Shown here: positions 53,126-61,284 of the stretch, in pieces
How positions within the stretch are numbered: the first letter of the stretch is position 1
How the letters are laid out: the number at the start of each line of letters is the position of its first letter
Origin: Rhodospirillales bacterium
Lineage (GTDB): Bacteria; Pseudomonadota; Alphaproteobacteria; Rhodospirillales; Defluviicoccaceae
Direction of reading: 5' to 3'
Assembly (NCBI GenBank): GCA_016710335.1
Contig: JADJXQ010000002.1
Location: 385,537 to 449,536 of the forward strand
DNA length: 64,000 nt
Translations under genes and position numbers: made by a program
Notes under the pieces: generated by a model
Told to the model about the DNA's origin: nothing
The model's input: the letters and a program-made list of their open reading frames with translations, nothing else
Database searches by the model: none

Positions 53126-54256
53126 ATGACCCGTTCCCCCACCGCCATCGCGCTCACCCGCGAGCTTCTCGCGTTCGACACCATCAACCCGCCGGGCGCC
53201 GAGGCTGCGTGCGCGAAGCACCTGGCGGCGCTGCTGGAAGACGCCGGGTTCGCCGTGAGCTTCCATGACCTGGCGCCGGGCCGACCCAACATCGTCGCCC
53301 GCATCGGCGGCGATGGGGAGCGGCGGGCGCTCTGCTTCACCGGTCACATGGACACCGTGCCGCTCGGCGCCATGCCGTGGTCGCGGGATCCGTTCGCCGG
53401 GGAGATCGCCGACGGCAGGGTGTATGGCCGCGGCTCCAGCGACATGAAGAGCGGCATTGCCGCATTCGTGGTGGCGGTGACCGCCCTCGCCCCCCGCCTC
53501 GGCGGCACGCCGGGGGTAGTGCTGGTGCTGACCGCAGGCGAGGAGACCGGCTGCGAAGGCGCCGCCGGCATGGTGGCGGCCGGCGGCGTGCTCGGTGCGG
53601 CCGGCGCCGTAGTGGTCGCCGAACCCACCGCCAACGTGCCGTTCGTCGGCCACAAGGGCGCCCTGTGGCTGAAGGCGCGCACCCGCGGCGTCACAGCCCA
53701 TGGCTCGATGCCGGAGAAGGGCGTCAACGCCGTCTACAAGGCGGCGCGCGCCATCGGCAAGCTGGAGGACTTCGACTTCAACGTCGAACGGCACGGGGTG
53801 CTCGGCGCGCCGACCCTCAACGTCGGCACCGTCCACGGCGGCATCAACATCAATTCGGTGCCGGACCAGGCCGACATCGGCATCGACATCCGCACCGTCC
53901 CCGGCCAGAAGCACGCGCACTTGCGGGACCAGATGGCGGCTTATCTCGGCGACCAAGTCGAAATCTCGGCCATCACCGATGTGGAAGGCGTCTGGACCGA
54001 CCCCGCCGATCCGTGGATCCGCGAGGTGTTCGCGGTCATGGAGGATCTGCGGGGCGAACCGCCGGCGGTGAGCGGCGCCACGTTCTTCACGGACGCCGCA
54101 TATCTGACGCCCGCAATGGGCGGGCCGCCGACGGTGATCCTCGGCCCCGGGGAGCCGGCCATGGCCCACCAGACTGACGAGTATTGCCGGGTCGATGCAA
54201 TCGACGAAGCGGTCGCCGCCTACATCGAACTGACCCGCCGCTGGTGCGGGCTGTAG
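53126..54256 (+). CDS. M20-family metallopeptidase (ArgE/DapE/ACY1-like deacylase)
   Basis: ...FTGHMDTVP...GRGSSDMKSG...LTAGEETG... Confidence 0.85.
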   Translation: MTRSPTAIALTRELLAFDTINPPGAEAACAKHLAALLEDAGFAVSFHDLAPGRPNIVARIGGDGERRALCFTGHMDTVPLGAMPWSRDPFAGEIADGRVYGRGSSDMKSGIAAFVVAVTALAPRLGGTPGVVLVLTAGEETGCEGAAGMVAAGGVLGAAGAVVVAEPTANVPFVGHKGALWLKARTRGVTAHGSMPEKGVNAVYKAARAIGKLEDFDFNVERHGVLGAPTLNVGTVHGGININSVPDQADIGIDIRTVPGQKHAHLRDQMAAYLGDQVEISAITDVEGVWTDPADPWIREVFAVMEDLRGEPPAVSGATFFTDAAYLTPAMGGPPTVILGPGEPAMAHQTDEYCRVDAIDEAVAAYIELTRRWCGL

Positions 54257-54259
54257 GGC

Positions 54260-54571
54260 ATGCACGACCTGATCGAATCACGTCGAGACGACATCGCCCA
54301 ACTGTGCCGGCGATTTCATGTTCACCGGCTCGAACTTTTCGGTTCGGCCGCGCGCGAGACTGATTTCGATGCCGAAAGTTCAGATGTGGACTTGCTGATC
54401 GACTACGAGCCCGAACACGCGCCGCCGTCGCTATCCGAGTATCCGGCGCTGCGGGATGCGCTCGCCACGATGTTCGCTCGACCCGTCGATCTCCTCATGT
54501 CGTCGTGCGTGCGCAACCCCTTCGTTCGCGAACATATCAACCGCTCGCGAAAGACCATTTATGCGCCGTGA
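54260..54571 (+). CDS. MNT-family nucleotidyltransferase (MntA-like antitoxin)
   Basis: ...LELFGSAARETDFDAESSDVDLLIDYEP... (GS...DxD). The start is 3 nt after the M20 stop. Confidence 0.85.
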   Translation: MHDLIESRRDDIAQLCRRFHVHRLELFGSAARETDFDAESSDVDLLIDYEPEHAPPSLSEYPALRDALATMFARPVDLLMSSCVRNPFVREHINRSRKTIYAP

Positions 54572-54800
54572 TCCGCGCCCTGCTATGGGACGTGTGCGAC
54601 TGCGCCGACCGCATCCGCCACTTCACGGTGGATCGAAGCCGCGACGACTACTTGGCCGATGAAATGCTGCGCGCCGCCGTGGAACGGCAGTTCGAGATCA
54701 TCGGCGAGGCGTTGAATCAGCTGGCGAAGGCGACGCCCGAGTTGGCGGAGCGCATCCCGGAGTTGCCGCAAATCGTTGCGCCGGTTGCGCCGGCATGCGG
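54568..54800 (+). pseudogene. HepT-like (DUF86) toxin remnant: N-terminal about 70 aa intact, catalytic R-x4-H-x-Y region lost
   Basis: GTG at 54568 overlaps the MNT stop (GTGA). (M)IRALLWDVCDCADRIRHFT...MLRAAVERQFEIIGEALNQLAK...IPELPQIVA is typical of DUF86. After that the frame runs into a 9-nt duplication (gttgcgccg x2) and reads on non-homologously across the SDR gene. Confidence 0.6.
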
Positions 54801-54850
54801 GGGGCTCTACACAAAGTGTCACAACAAGAGCAACCGGGAGAGGCGCAGTC

Positions 54851-55603
54851 ATGGACCTGTGGCAGCGATCCGCAGTGGTCACCGGCGCGGCGTCCGGACT
54901 CGGGGCCGAGACGGCGCGCTATCTGGTGGAGGAAGGCGCGCAGGTGGCGGCCATCGACATCGACGCCGAGCGCCTCCACGCCTTCGCCAAGGAGATCGGC
55001 GCCCTGCCCATTCCCTGCGACGTCTCCAACGCGGAAGCCGCCGAGGCGGCGCTGCGCCAGGCGCGAGAGGCGCACGGGGCGGCGAGGGTGCTGGTGCATT
55101 GCGTCGGCCGAGGCCACTCGAGGCAGCTGGTCAGCGACGACGGCCCGATGCCCCTCGACGACTTCCGACAGCTGGTCGAGGTCAATCTGATCTCCACGTT
55201 CAACATGATCCGCCTCGCCTCCGCGGATATGGCGGCGCTGGAGAAAACGTCGAACGGCGAGCGCGGCATCATCATTTCGACGGCGTCGGTCTCCGCCTAT
55301 GAAGCGCAGAGCGGCGAGGCGGCCTACGCCGCCTCCAAGGGCGGAGTCGTCAGCATGATCCTGCCGGCGGCACGGGAACTGGGGCCGCTCGGCATCCGCG
55401 TCGTCGGCATCGCCCCCGGCCTGTTCGGCACCCCCACCCTGTTCGCCATCGAGCGCAACCTGGATTCGCGCCTCGCCCGCTCCATCCCGTTCCCGCACCG
55501 CTTCGGCGACCCGGCCGAGTTCGCGATGCTGGTGGTGCACGTGATCAAGAACGTCATGGTCAACGGCACCGTGCTGCGCCTCGACGGCGGACTCCACCGG
55601 TGA
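54851..55603 (+). CDS. SDR-family oxidoreductase (3-hydroxyacyl-CoA dehydrogenase type-2-like)
   Basis: MDLWQRSAVVTGAASGLG (TGxxxGxG), ...YAASKGGV... (YxxxK). Confidence 0.88.
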   Translation: MDLWQRSAVVTGAASGLGAETARYLVEEGAQVAAIDIDAERLHAFAKEIGALPIPCDVSNAEAAEAALRQAREAHGAARVLVHCVGRGHSRQLVSDDGPMPLDDFRQLVEVNLISTFNMIRLASADMAALEKTSNGERGIIISTASVSAYEAQSGEAAYAASKGGVVSMILPAARELGPLGIRVVGIAPGLFGTPTLFAIERNLDSRLARSIPFPHRFGDPAEFAMLVVHVIKNVMVNGTVLRLDGGLHR

Positions 55604-55640
55604 AGATCGGAGCGGCCTCGGGCGGGGAGCGCGCCGTGCG

Positions 55641-56498
55641 GTGACCACGACCATCCAACTCAACCTGATTTCCCACGCCTCGGGAGAGCTGATCGAGATG
55701 CTGGCGCGCAATGCCGTCGCTCAGCTCCAGGACGTGCACGTGGAGCGCCGCCTATGGAAAATGGTGCGGCACCTTGGCCAGGTCCCGGAGATCCTGGCGG
55801 CGGTGTCCGAAACCCGCGGCTTCGTCATTCACTCGATCGCCGCCGTCGATATTCGAGAAGCTATCGAGGACGGGTGCCGGCGGCTCGCCGTCCCTTGCAT
55901 GTTCTCGCTGGAGCCGCTGGTCAACCGCCTGTCGGAGCACTTCGACGCCCCGATCCAGTTCCGCACCAGCGCCCGCGACATCATCAACGAGGACTATTAC
56001 CGCCGCGTCGAGGCGATGAAATTCACCCTCGCCCACGACGACGGCGTCGCGACCGGTGACCTCGATGACGCCGACGTGGTGGTGGTCGGTGTGTCGAGGG
56101 CCACCAAGACGCCCACCTGCATGTATCTGGCCTCGCTCGGCGTCAAGGCCGCCAACGTGCCGCTGGTGCCGGGGGTACCGCTACCGGAGTCGCTGATCAA
56201 GGCGAAGCATCCGCTGATCGTCGGCCTCACGGTCGATCCGACCCGCCTCGCCACCATCCGCGCCGCGCGGCTGAGGGCTTTGCACCAGACCGCCGCATTC
56301 GACTACGCCGACATCGACTCGCTGCGGGAGGAACTGCGCCAGGCCCGCCGCACCTTCGTCCGCCGCGGCTGGCCGGTAATCGACGTCACCCAGCGCTCGA
56401 TCGAACAGGCCGCGGCAATGATCATCCGCATGCTGGAAGAACGCCGCGCAGCCCAGGCGGCCCCCGCCGTTCCGGGCGCCACTTCTCCGGAGCCATGA
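55641..56498 (+). CDS. Pyruvate, phosphate dikinase / PEP synthase regulatory protein (DUF299 kinase/pyrophosphorylase)
   Basis: ...VVVGVSRATKTPTCMYLA... P-loop-like motif. The length and overall pattern fit the PDRP/PpsR family. Confidence 0.85.
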   Translation: MTTTIQLNLISHASGELIEMLARNAVAQLQDVHVERRLWKMVRHLGQVPEILAAVSETRGFVIHSIAAVDIREAIEDGCRRLAVPCMFSLEPLVNRLSEHFDAPIQFRTSARDIINEDYYRRVEAMKFTLAHDDGVATGDLDDADVVVVGVSRATKTPTCMYLASLGVKAANVPLVPGVPLPESLIKAKHPLIVGLTVDPTRLATIRAARLRALHQTAAFDYADIDSLREELRQARRTFVRRGWPVIDVTQRSIEQAAAMIIRMLEERRAAQAAPAVPGATSPEP

Positions 56499-56501
56499 AG
56501 A

Positions 56502-56529
56502 AAGGCGGGGCACGCAGGCGCCCCGCCTT
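56502..56529 (-). terminator. Rho-independent terminator of gap (hairpin shared with the convergent PDRP gene)
   Basis: aaggcggggc-N8-gccccgcctt, a 10-bp stem. On the minus strand it is followed by tttcttc. Confidence 0.7.
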
Positions 56530-56556
56530 GGATTGGATCAACCGCGGCGCAAGAGC

Positions 56557-57561
56557 CTACAGCGCGCAGAACACCTGGGTGGTGTCGGACATGCGGTTGG
56601 AGAAGCCCCACTCGTTGTCGTACCAGGCGACGATGCGAACCATCGTGCCGTCGATGACCTGGGTCTGCGAGGCATCAAACACCGAACTGTGCGGGTCGTG
56701 GTTGAAGTCGATGGAGACCAGGGGCTCTGTATTGTAGTGCATGATCCCCTTGAGGTCGCCGTTGGCCGCAGCTTCGATGGCCTGGTTGACTTCTTCCTTG
56801 GTCGTCGACTTGTTGGACTCGAAGACGAGGTCGACAACCGAGACGTTCGGCGTCGGCACCCGGATGGCGGAACCGTCGAACTTGCCGGCCAGTTCCGGCA
56901 TCACCAGGCCGATGGCCTTGGCGGCGCCGGTGGAGGTCGGGATCATGGACAGGGCCGCTGCCCGCGCCCGGCGCAGGTCCGAGTGCAGGGTGTCGACGAT
57001 GCGTTGGTCGCCCGTGTAGGCGTGGATCGTCGTCATGTAGCCGCGCTTGACGCCGAGGGTCTTGTTCAGCACGAACACCGGCGGCGCCAGGCAGTTGGTG
57101 GTGCACGACGCGTTGGAGATGACCTTGTGCTCGGCCTTCAGCGTGTTGTGGTTGACGCCGTACACGATGGTGGCGTCGGCGCCGCTCGAGGGCGCCGAAA
57201 CGATGACCTTGGGCGCCCCGGCCTCAAGGTGCACGGCGGCCTTGTCGCGCGCGGAAAAGATGCCGGTGCATTCCCACACCACGTCGACGCCCAGGTCGCC
57301 CCACGGAAGCTTGGTCGGATCCCGCTCCGACATGACCTTCACCGTCTTGCCGTCGACGGTCATGCTGGCATCGTCGGCGCTCACCGTGCCCGGATAGGTG
57401 CCGTGTACCGAGTCGTACTTGAGCAGATGGGCGTTGGTTTTCACGGAGCCGAGGTCGTTGACCGCTACGAACTCGATATCGTTGCGGCCTGCCTCCGCCG
57501 CCGCGCGCAGCGCCAGCCGTCCGATCCGGCCGAAACCGTTAATTCCTACACGAACCGCCAT
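56557..57561 (-). CDS. gap: Type I glyceraldehyde-3-phosphate dehydrogenase
   Basis: [16 protein letters not shown]...[12 protein letters not shown]...[12 protein letters not shown]. Confidence 0.97.
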   Translation of the reverse strand: MAVRVGINGFGRIGRLALRAAAEAGRNDIEFVAVNDLGSVKTNAHLLKYDSVHGTYPGTVSADDASMTVDGKTVKVMSERDPTKLPWGDLGVDVVWECTGIFSARDKAAVHLEAGAPKVIVSAPSSGADATIVYGVNHNTLKAEHKVISNASCTTNCLAPPVFVLNKTLGVKRGYMTTIHAYTGDQRIVDTLHSDLRRARAAALSMIPTSTGAAKAIGLVMPELAGKFDGSAIRVPTPNVSVVDLVFESNKSTTKEEVNQAIEAAANGDLKGIMHYNTEPLVSIDFNHDPHSSVFDASQTQVIDGTMVRIVAWYDNEWGFSNRMSDTTQVFCAL

Positions 57562-57829
57562 TCGTTACCTCCTCTGTTAAAACATTTGCGTTGATGTCGA
57601 TCCCTGCCTCGCTCGGGCGCCGAGTGAGGTTTGCCCCGCAAGCGCAGCCAACTATTACCGCCGGTCGCTGCGGAGCGAATCCTTTGACAAGGGCGCACCA
57701 TTGTCCGATTGCGCTGATCCGTCAATGGTTTTTCGCCCGGTCTTTTCCCCGGCTCCGCGGGAGGTCTTGCGCCGTGGCGGCAGGGGCCTTTTCGTCCTTC
57801 GATACCCGCTTCTGGGCTGTTGACGGCCT

Positions 57830-57858
57830 GCACGGCTCCTGCCTATGTTCGCGGCCCA
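57830..57858 (+). promoter_or_regulatory. Candidate sigma70-like promoter for the DUF4164-zapA unit
   Basis: TTGACG-17 nt-CTATGT about 50 nt upstream of the first candidate start. Motif match only. Confidence 0.3.
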
Positions 57859-57905
57859 TGGATGGAGCCTGAGACAGCGGCTCCGGATGCGGAAGGCGGG
57901 CGCAG

Positions 57906-58184
57906 GTGGTTTCTACACACTTCGGCGAGCATTATCCGGCGGGCGAGCATCATCCGGCGGGCGAGCAACGTCCGGTGGCTCGGGCCTGCAGTCGCCTGGC
58001 GGTGGCCGTCGCCCGGCTCGAGGAGGCGGTCGAGGCCGCCCTCGGCAACGGCGGCGGCGCCCGTGACGACGCCGATCTGCAAGCGGCGCGGGAAGAGGCC
58101 ATGTCGTTGCGCGCCGCTCATCAGGCGGTGTCGGAGCGGCTGGACTCCGCCATCGAGCGCCTGCGCGCGTTGCTGAACGAGTAG
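57906..58184 (+). CDS. DUF4164 domain-containing coiled-coil protein (conserved upstream partner of zapA)
   Basis: ...LAVAVARLEEAVEAAL...LQAAREEAMSLRAAHQAVSERLDSAIERLRALLNE. The start is uncertain (GTG 57906). The N-terminus carries an in-frame 18-nt repeat. Confidence 0.65.
   Translation: MVSTHFGEHYPAGEHHPAGEQRPVARACSRLAVAVARLEEAVEAALGNGGGARDDADLQAAREEAMSLRAAHQAVSERLDSAIERLRALLNE
57927..57980. repeat. 18-nt in-frame tandem repeat x about 3 inside the 5' end of the DUF4164 ORF
   Basis: gagcattatccggcgggc / gagcatcatccggcgggc / gagcaacgtccggtggct, encoding EHYPAG-EHHPAG-EQRPVA. Confidence 0.8.
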
Positions 58185-58235
58185 CGCCTGCGCGCGTGGC
58201 TGAACGAGTAGCGCCTGCGCGCGTGGCTGAACGAA
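58159..58235. repeat. 27-nt tandem repeat x about 3 that triplicates the last 8 codons plus the TAG stop of the DUF4164 gene
   Basis: cgcctgcgcgcgttgctgaacgagtag / cgcctgcgcgcgtggctgaacgagtag / cgcctgcgcgcgtggctgaacga(aaaa). Confidence 0.95.
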
Positions 58236-58259
58236 AAACGGCATGGTGAGTGAACGGGC

Positions 58260-58595
58260 ATGGGGCAAGTCGCCGTAACGGTCAACGGTCGCAGCTACGA
58301 AATCGCTTGCGACGACGGGCAGGAAGACCACCTCGTGCGTCTCGCCGGGGACATCGATCAGCGGGTGCGGGGACTGGTGACCAGCATCGGCCAGGTCGGC
58401 GAGGCACGGCTCCTGTTGATGGCGGGCTTGCTGATCGCTGACGAGTTGTCGGATGTTCGCGCACACGTCCTCGAGCCAACCGCAGACGATGAGAATGCGC
58501 GCTCGATCCGCGCCATCGAGGATGCAATCAGCGCCGACATCGATGCGCTGGCGCAGAAGATCGAGGCAATCGCGTCTCGGCTTCATCCGGCCTGA
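58260..58595 (+). CDS. zapA: Cell division protein ZapA
   Basis: MGQVAVTVNGRSYEIACDDGQEDHLVRLAGDIDQRV...EARLLLMAGLLIADEL. Confidence 0.9.
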   Translation: MGQVAVTVNGRSYEIACDDGQEDHLVRLAGDIDQRVRGLVTSIGQVGEARLLLMAGLLIADELSDVRAHVLEPTADDENARSIRAIEDAISADIDALAQKIEAIASRLHPA

Positions 58596-58629
58596 CGCAC
58601 AGGCGCAGCCCGGGAACGCCGTGATGTTC

Positions 58630-58675
58630 AAGCCGGGGTTTGCAGGCGCATGAAGCCGGGGTTTGCAGACGCATG
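58630..58675. repeat. 23-nt tandem duplication (aagccggggtttgcagRcgcatg x2) between zapA and the 6S RNA candidate
   Basis: Read directly; the two copies differ at one base. Confidence 0.9.
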
Positions 58676-58689
58676 AATAAATGGTAGGC

Positions 58690-58862
58690 TCGGTTCTGAC
58701 GGTTGCTGCCGAGTGCGTCAACGTTCGCAATCCCTGGGGCCAATAATGACCTCTTGGGAGCTGTCCCTGCCGGACCCGTGGGTTCGGTAAATGGCGCCCA
58801 CCTGCATTCGCAGGCCACAGAGGATCATCGAACCAACGGCTGCGGCGGCGCCGTCACCTTCC
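58690..58862 (+). ncRNA. ssrS: Candidate 6S RNA (ssrS); ends approximate
   Basis: Conserved synteny zapA - ssrS - 5-formyl-THF cyclo-ligase. No credible ORF in the 300-nt gap. Hand-folded long imperfect closing stem: 58696 tgacgg/ccgtca 58856; gctgccg/cggctgc; gttcg/cgaac; atcc..ggcc/ggcc..ggat. It encloses about 65 nt, for a total of about 160 nt. Confidence 0.55.
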
Positions 58863-58899
58863 GTCACATCCCCGCCCTCCCCCACACGCAGCACGGCCG

Positions 58900-59523
58900 A
58901 TGGCAGTCCCTCCCCCCACTGACGACGCAGGCGCGGACGACATAGGCGCGGCAAAGCAGGCGTGCCGCGCCCGGGCGCGGTCACTGCGCCTGATCGCCGA
59001 TCAGAAGTTCGGGCCGGACGCGGCGATGCGTATCAAGGAACACGGTCTTGCAGCGCCGGACGATCTGGGCGTCGCGGCAGGCAGCGTCGTCGCCGGGTAC
59101 TGGCCGATCGACACCGAGGCCGACGTTCGGCCGTTGCTGGCAAGGCTTCACGAGCGCGGCGTGGTCTGCGCCCTGCCGAGGGTCGTCGAGCCTGGGGCGC
59201 CGCTCCGGTTTCACCGCTGGGCGCCGAGCGACGACCTGGAGGACGGCCGGTTCGGCACGCGGCAGCCGCTCGCCACCCGCGAGACGGTGACGCCGTCGGT
59301 CGTCCTGGCGCCGCTGTTGGCGTTCGACGCCGCCGGCCATCGCCTCGGCTACGGGGCCGGTTATTACGACCGTACTCTTGCCGCGCTGCGCAGGGCGCGA
59401 CCGGTGACGGCGATCGGCGTCGCCTATGCGCTGCAACGGCTGGACATGGTGCCCCACGAGCCCCACGATCAGCCCCTCGACTGGATCGTCACCGAGGACG
59501 GTCTGCAACGGTTTCCGCTGTGA
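58900..59523 (+). CDS. 5-formyltetrahydrofolate cyclo-ligase
   Basis: ...VAGYWPIDTEADVRPLL...LPRV...GFGTRQP...VLAPLLAFDAAGHRLGYGAGYYDRTL. Confidence 0.88.
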   Translation: MAVPPPTDDAGADDIGAAKQACRARARSLRLIADQKFGPDAAMRIKEHGLAAPDDLGVAAGSVVAGYWPIDTEADVRPLLARLHERGVVCALPRVVEPGAPLRFHRWAPSDDLEDGRFGTRQPLATRETVTPSVVLAPLLAFDAAGHRLGYGAGYYDRTLAALRRARPVTAIGVAYALQRLDMVPHEPHDQPLDWIVTEDGLQRFPL

Positions 59524-60371
59524 GGGCTCTCTACTGCGGCGATGTGGTCGGGCGCAGCGGCCGGGACGCCATTCACAAATGGATTCCGGAGCTTCGGGAG
59601 CGGCTGGCGTTGGACTTCGTGCTGGTCAACGGCGAGAACGCCGCGCACGGCTTCGGCATCACCCGCGACATTTGCCAAGGCTTCTACGATGTGGGCGTCG
59701 ACGCCATCACCACCGGCAACCACGCCTGGCACCAGCGCGAGATCATCCCCCACATCAGCGCCGACCCGCGCCTGCTGCGGCCGCTGAACTACCCGGAGGG
59801 AACACCGGGCGTCGGCGCCGCCACCTATGAAACACGCACCGGCCGGCGGGTGATGGTGCTGCAGGTCATGGGCCGCCTGTTCATGGAACCGCTCGACGAT
59901 CCGTTCGCGGCGGCCAAGCGCGCGCTGCTCAATCACCGCCTCGGGGGTCATCGCTTCGGCGGGACATTGGACTGCATCATCGCCGATATTCATGCGGAAG
60001 CGACCAGCGAGAAGGCTGCGTTCGGGCACGTCCTGGACGGACGCGTGTCGCTGGTCGCCGGCACCCATTCCCACGTGCCGACCGCGGACGCGCGCATTCT
60101 TCCGGGCGGCACCGCGTTCATCACCGACGTCGGCATGTGCGGCGACTACAATTCGGTCATCGGCATGGAGAAGGACGAAGCCAGCGCCCGGTTCACCCGC
60201 AAGGTGCCCGCCGGGCGCCTGCAGCCGGCCAGCGGCGAGGCGACCCTGTGCGGTGTCGTGCTGGAGACCGACGACGCCACCGGGCTCGCCCGCCGCGTCG
60301 AAGCGATCCGCCTCGGCGGCTGCCTGTCGCCCCGTGATCCGGACATGGGACAGGCTGAAAAATTCGTGTAA
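59520..60371 (+). CDS. ymdB: TIGR00282/YmdB-family metallophosphoesterase
   Basis: (V)RALYCGDVVGRSGR...VLVNGENAAHGFGIT...ITTGNHAW...DIHAEATSEK...GTHSHVPTADARILPGGTAFITDVGMCG. GTGA overlap with the preceding gene. Confidence 0.88.
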   Translation: MRALYCGDVVGRSGRDAIHKWIPELRERLALDFVLVNGENAAHGFGITRDICQGFYDVGVDAITTGNHAWHQREIIPHISADPRLLRPLNYPEGTPGVGAATYETRTGRRVMVLQVMGRLFMEPLDDPFAAAKRALLNHRLGGHRFGGTLDCIIADIHAEATSEKAAFGHVLDGRVSLVAGTHSHVPTADARILPGGTAFITDVGMCGDYNSVIGMEKDEASARFTRKVPAGRLQPASGEATLCGVVLETDDATGLARRVEAIRLGGCLSPRDPDMGQAEKFV

Positions 60372-60464
60372 GCGGGGAACCGGGGGCGGGTCAGGGAGTT
60401 ATACAGGTCAGAGGATGTTCCATGCCCCCCATTACCCCCCGCGCAGACATCCTTGAAACTCGGT

Positions 60465-60500
60465 GCCCCCGGCTTCCAAGCGACGCCGGGGGCCGTTTCT
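60465..60500 (+). terminator. Candidate rho-independent terminator after ymdB
   Basis: gcccccggc-N11-gccgggggc (perfect 9-bp stem) followed by cgtttct. A second 6-bp GC hairpin follows at about 60503-60527. Confidence 0.5.
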
Positions 60501-60777
60501 ATGGGGCGTCTCGCGAAACGTCGCCCCGATGTCCGCGAGCCTCCCGACACCGGCATCCCCGGACGCCATCCTGAGGCACGGCGCTCTCTTGGGCGAGCAC
60601 GAGGCGGCGCGCTCCGCCGCGGACGAGGCTTGTTGCGCCACCGCCGTCCCTCTCGGGTTCCGACGCGATCGCAGCCGGCTGTGTCGCGATTGTGGCGGTT
60701 TTGCACAAGCCCTCTCCAGGCTAACCCGCTGAAATCAATAGGAATGTGTCCGATTCAGGTGTGAGCCTGCACAAAGA

Positions 60778-60805
60778 ATGTATGCGGATGTATGCGGATG
60801 TATGC
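60778..60805. repeat. 10-nt microsatellite (atgtatgcgg) x2.8 in an AT-richer patch
   Basis: atgtatgcgg atgtatgcgg atgtatgc, read directly. Confidence 0.9.
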
Positions 60806-60959
60806 AAAACCAAAGCTAAGCCTTTGAAGTTACTTGGTTCTCGCGCCGGTTGAAGTACGATGCACCATGCGCAACTAACGTTAGAACACCAGCGGCGGGA
60901 TGGTCCGGAACCTTAAGAGAACATAGCTCCCTGCGCCGCGGCCGTCAAGAACGCAGCGA

Positions 60960-60983
60960 ATCCTGCCAGCCGCGGCGCGGCGC
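60960..60983. repeat. Left copy of a 24-bp perfect direct repeat (atcctgccagccgcggcgcggcgc)
   Basis: Identical 24-mer at 62155-62178. The flanks show spaced similarity (ctgccg, 17 nt, atgccgg). The 12-mer caagaacgcagc at 60946-57 recurs at 62004-15. Confidence 0.9.
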
Positions 60984-61236
60984 CGTCTGCCGCCTCGGCC
61001 GCAGTCACCATGCCGGTTCCACCTCCTCGCGATGACAGGTCGTAGAAAGCAAGACGTCGAAGACCTCCCGGCGGGCGAACCCGGCTTGAAAACATACGTC
61101 GGAATACGCCTCCGGCTATTCCGACCTACGCAGTTCTGGCTGAAGCGCGTTACACCGGAGTCTACCTGTTGAGGCCCACGACAATCCTATGTATGGGAAA
61201 GCGGCGAAAGGGCGCGGCAAGATCCGGCCGTCTTTA

Positions 61237-61280
61237 TTGACAAGGTTTGCCGAATTCTGTCAGCGTAGGGCAGGAGGTGG
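61237..61280 (+). promoter_or_regulatory. Candidate parDE promoter/operator and SD
   Basis: Perfect -35 TTGACA (61237-42). Inverted pentamers TGACA-N15-TGTCA overlap the spacer. SD aggaggtgg is 5 nt before the ATG. No convincing -10. Confidence 0.3.
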
Positions 61281-61284
61281 CATC

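Noticed and set aside
54505-55302. 265-aa ORF that appears to fuse the DUF86 N-terminus to a long C-terminal extension
   Set aside because: Only the first 70 or so residues are DUF86-like. The rest overlaps the well-supported SDR gene in another frame and is Arg/Gly-rich junk, so it was interpreted as a decayed toxin rather than a fusion protein.
57684-57712. Perfect TTGACA box upstream of the DUF4164/zapA region
   Set aside because: There is no acceptable -10 hexamer at 16-19 nt spacing (gattgc). The TTGACG/CTATGT pair at 57830-57858 is the better, though still weak, promoter candidate.
60146-60764. Several 60-190-aa ORFs on both strands in the ymdB-parD gap
   Set aside because: No start-site context, no recognisable motifs, biased Arg/Pro/Gly composition and mutual overlap. 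The region is treated as non-coding or relic sequence pending homology or RNA evidence.
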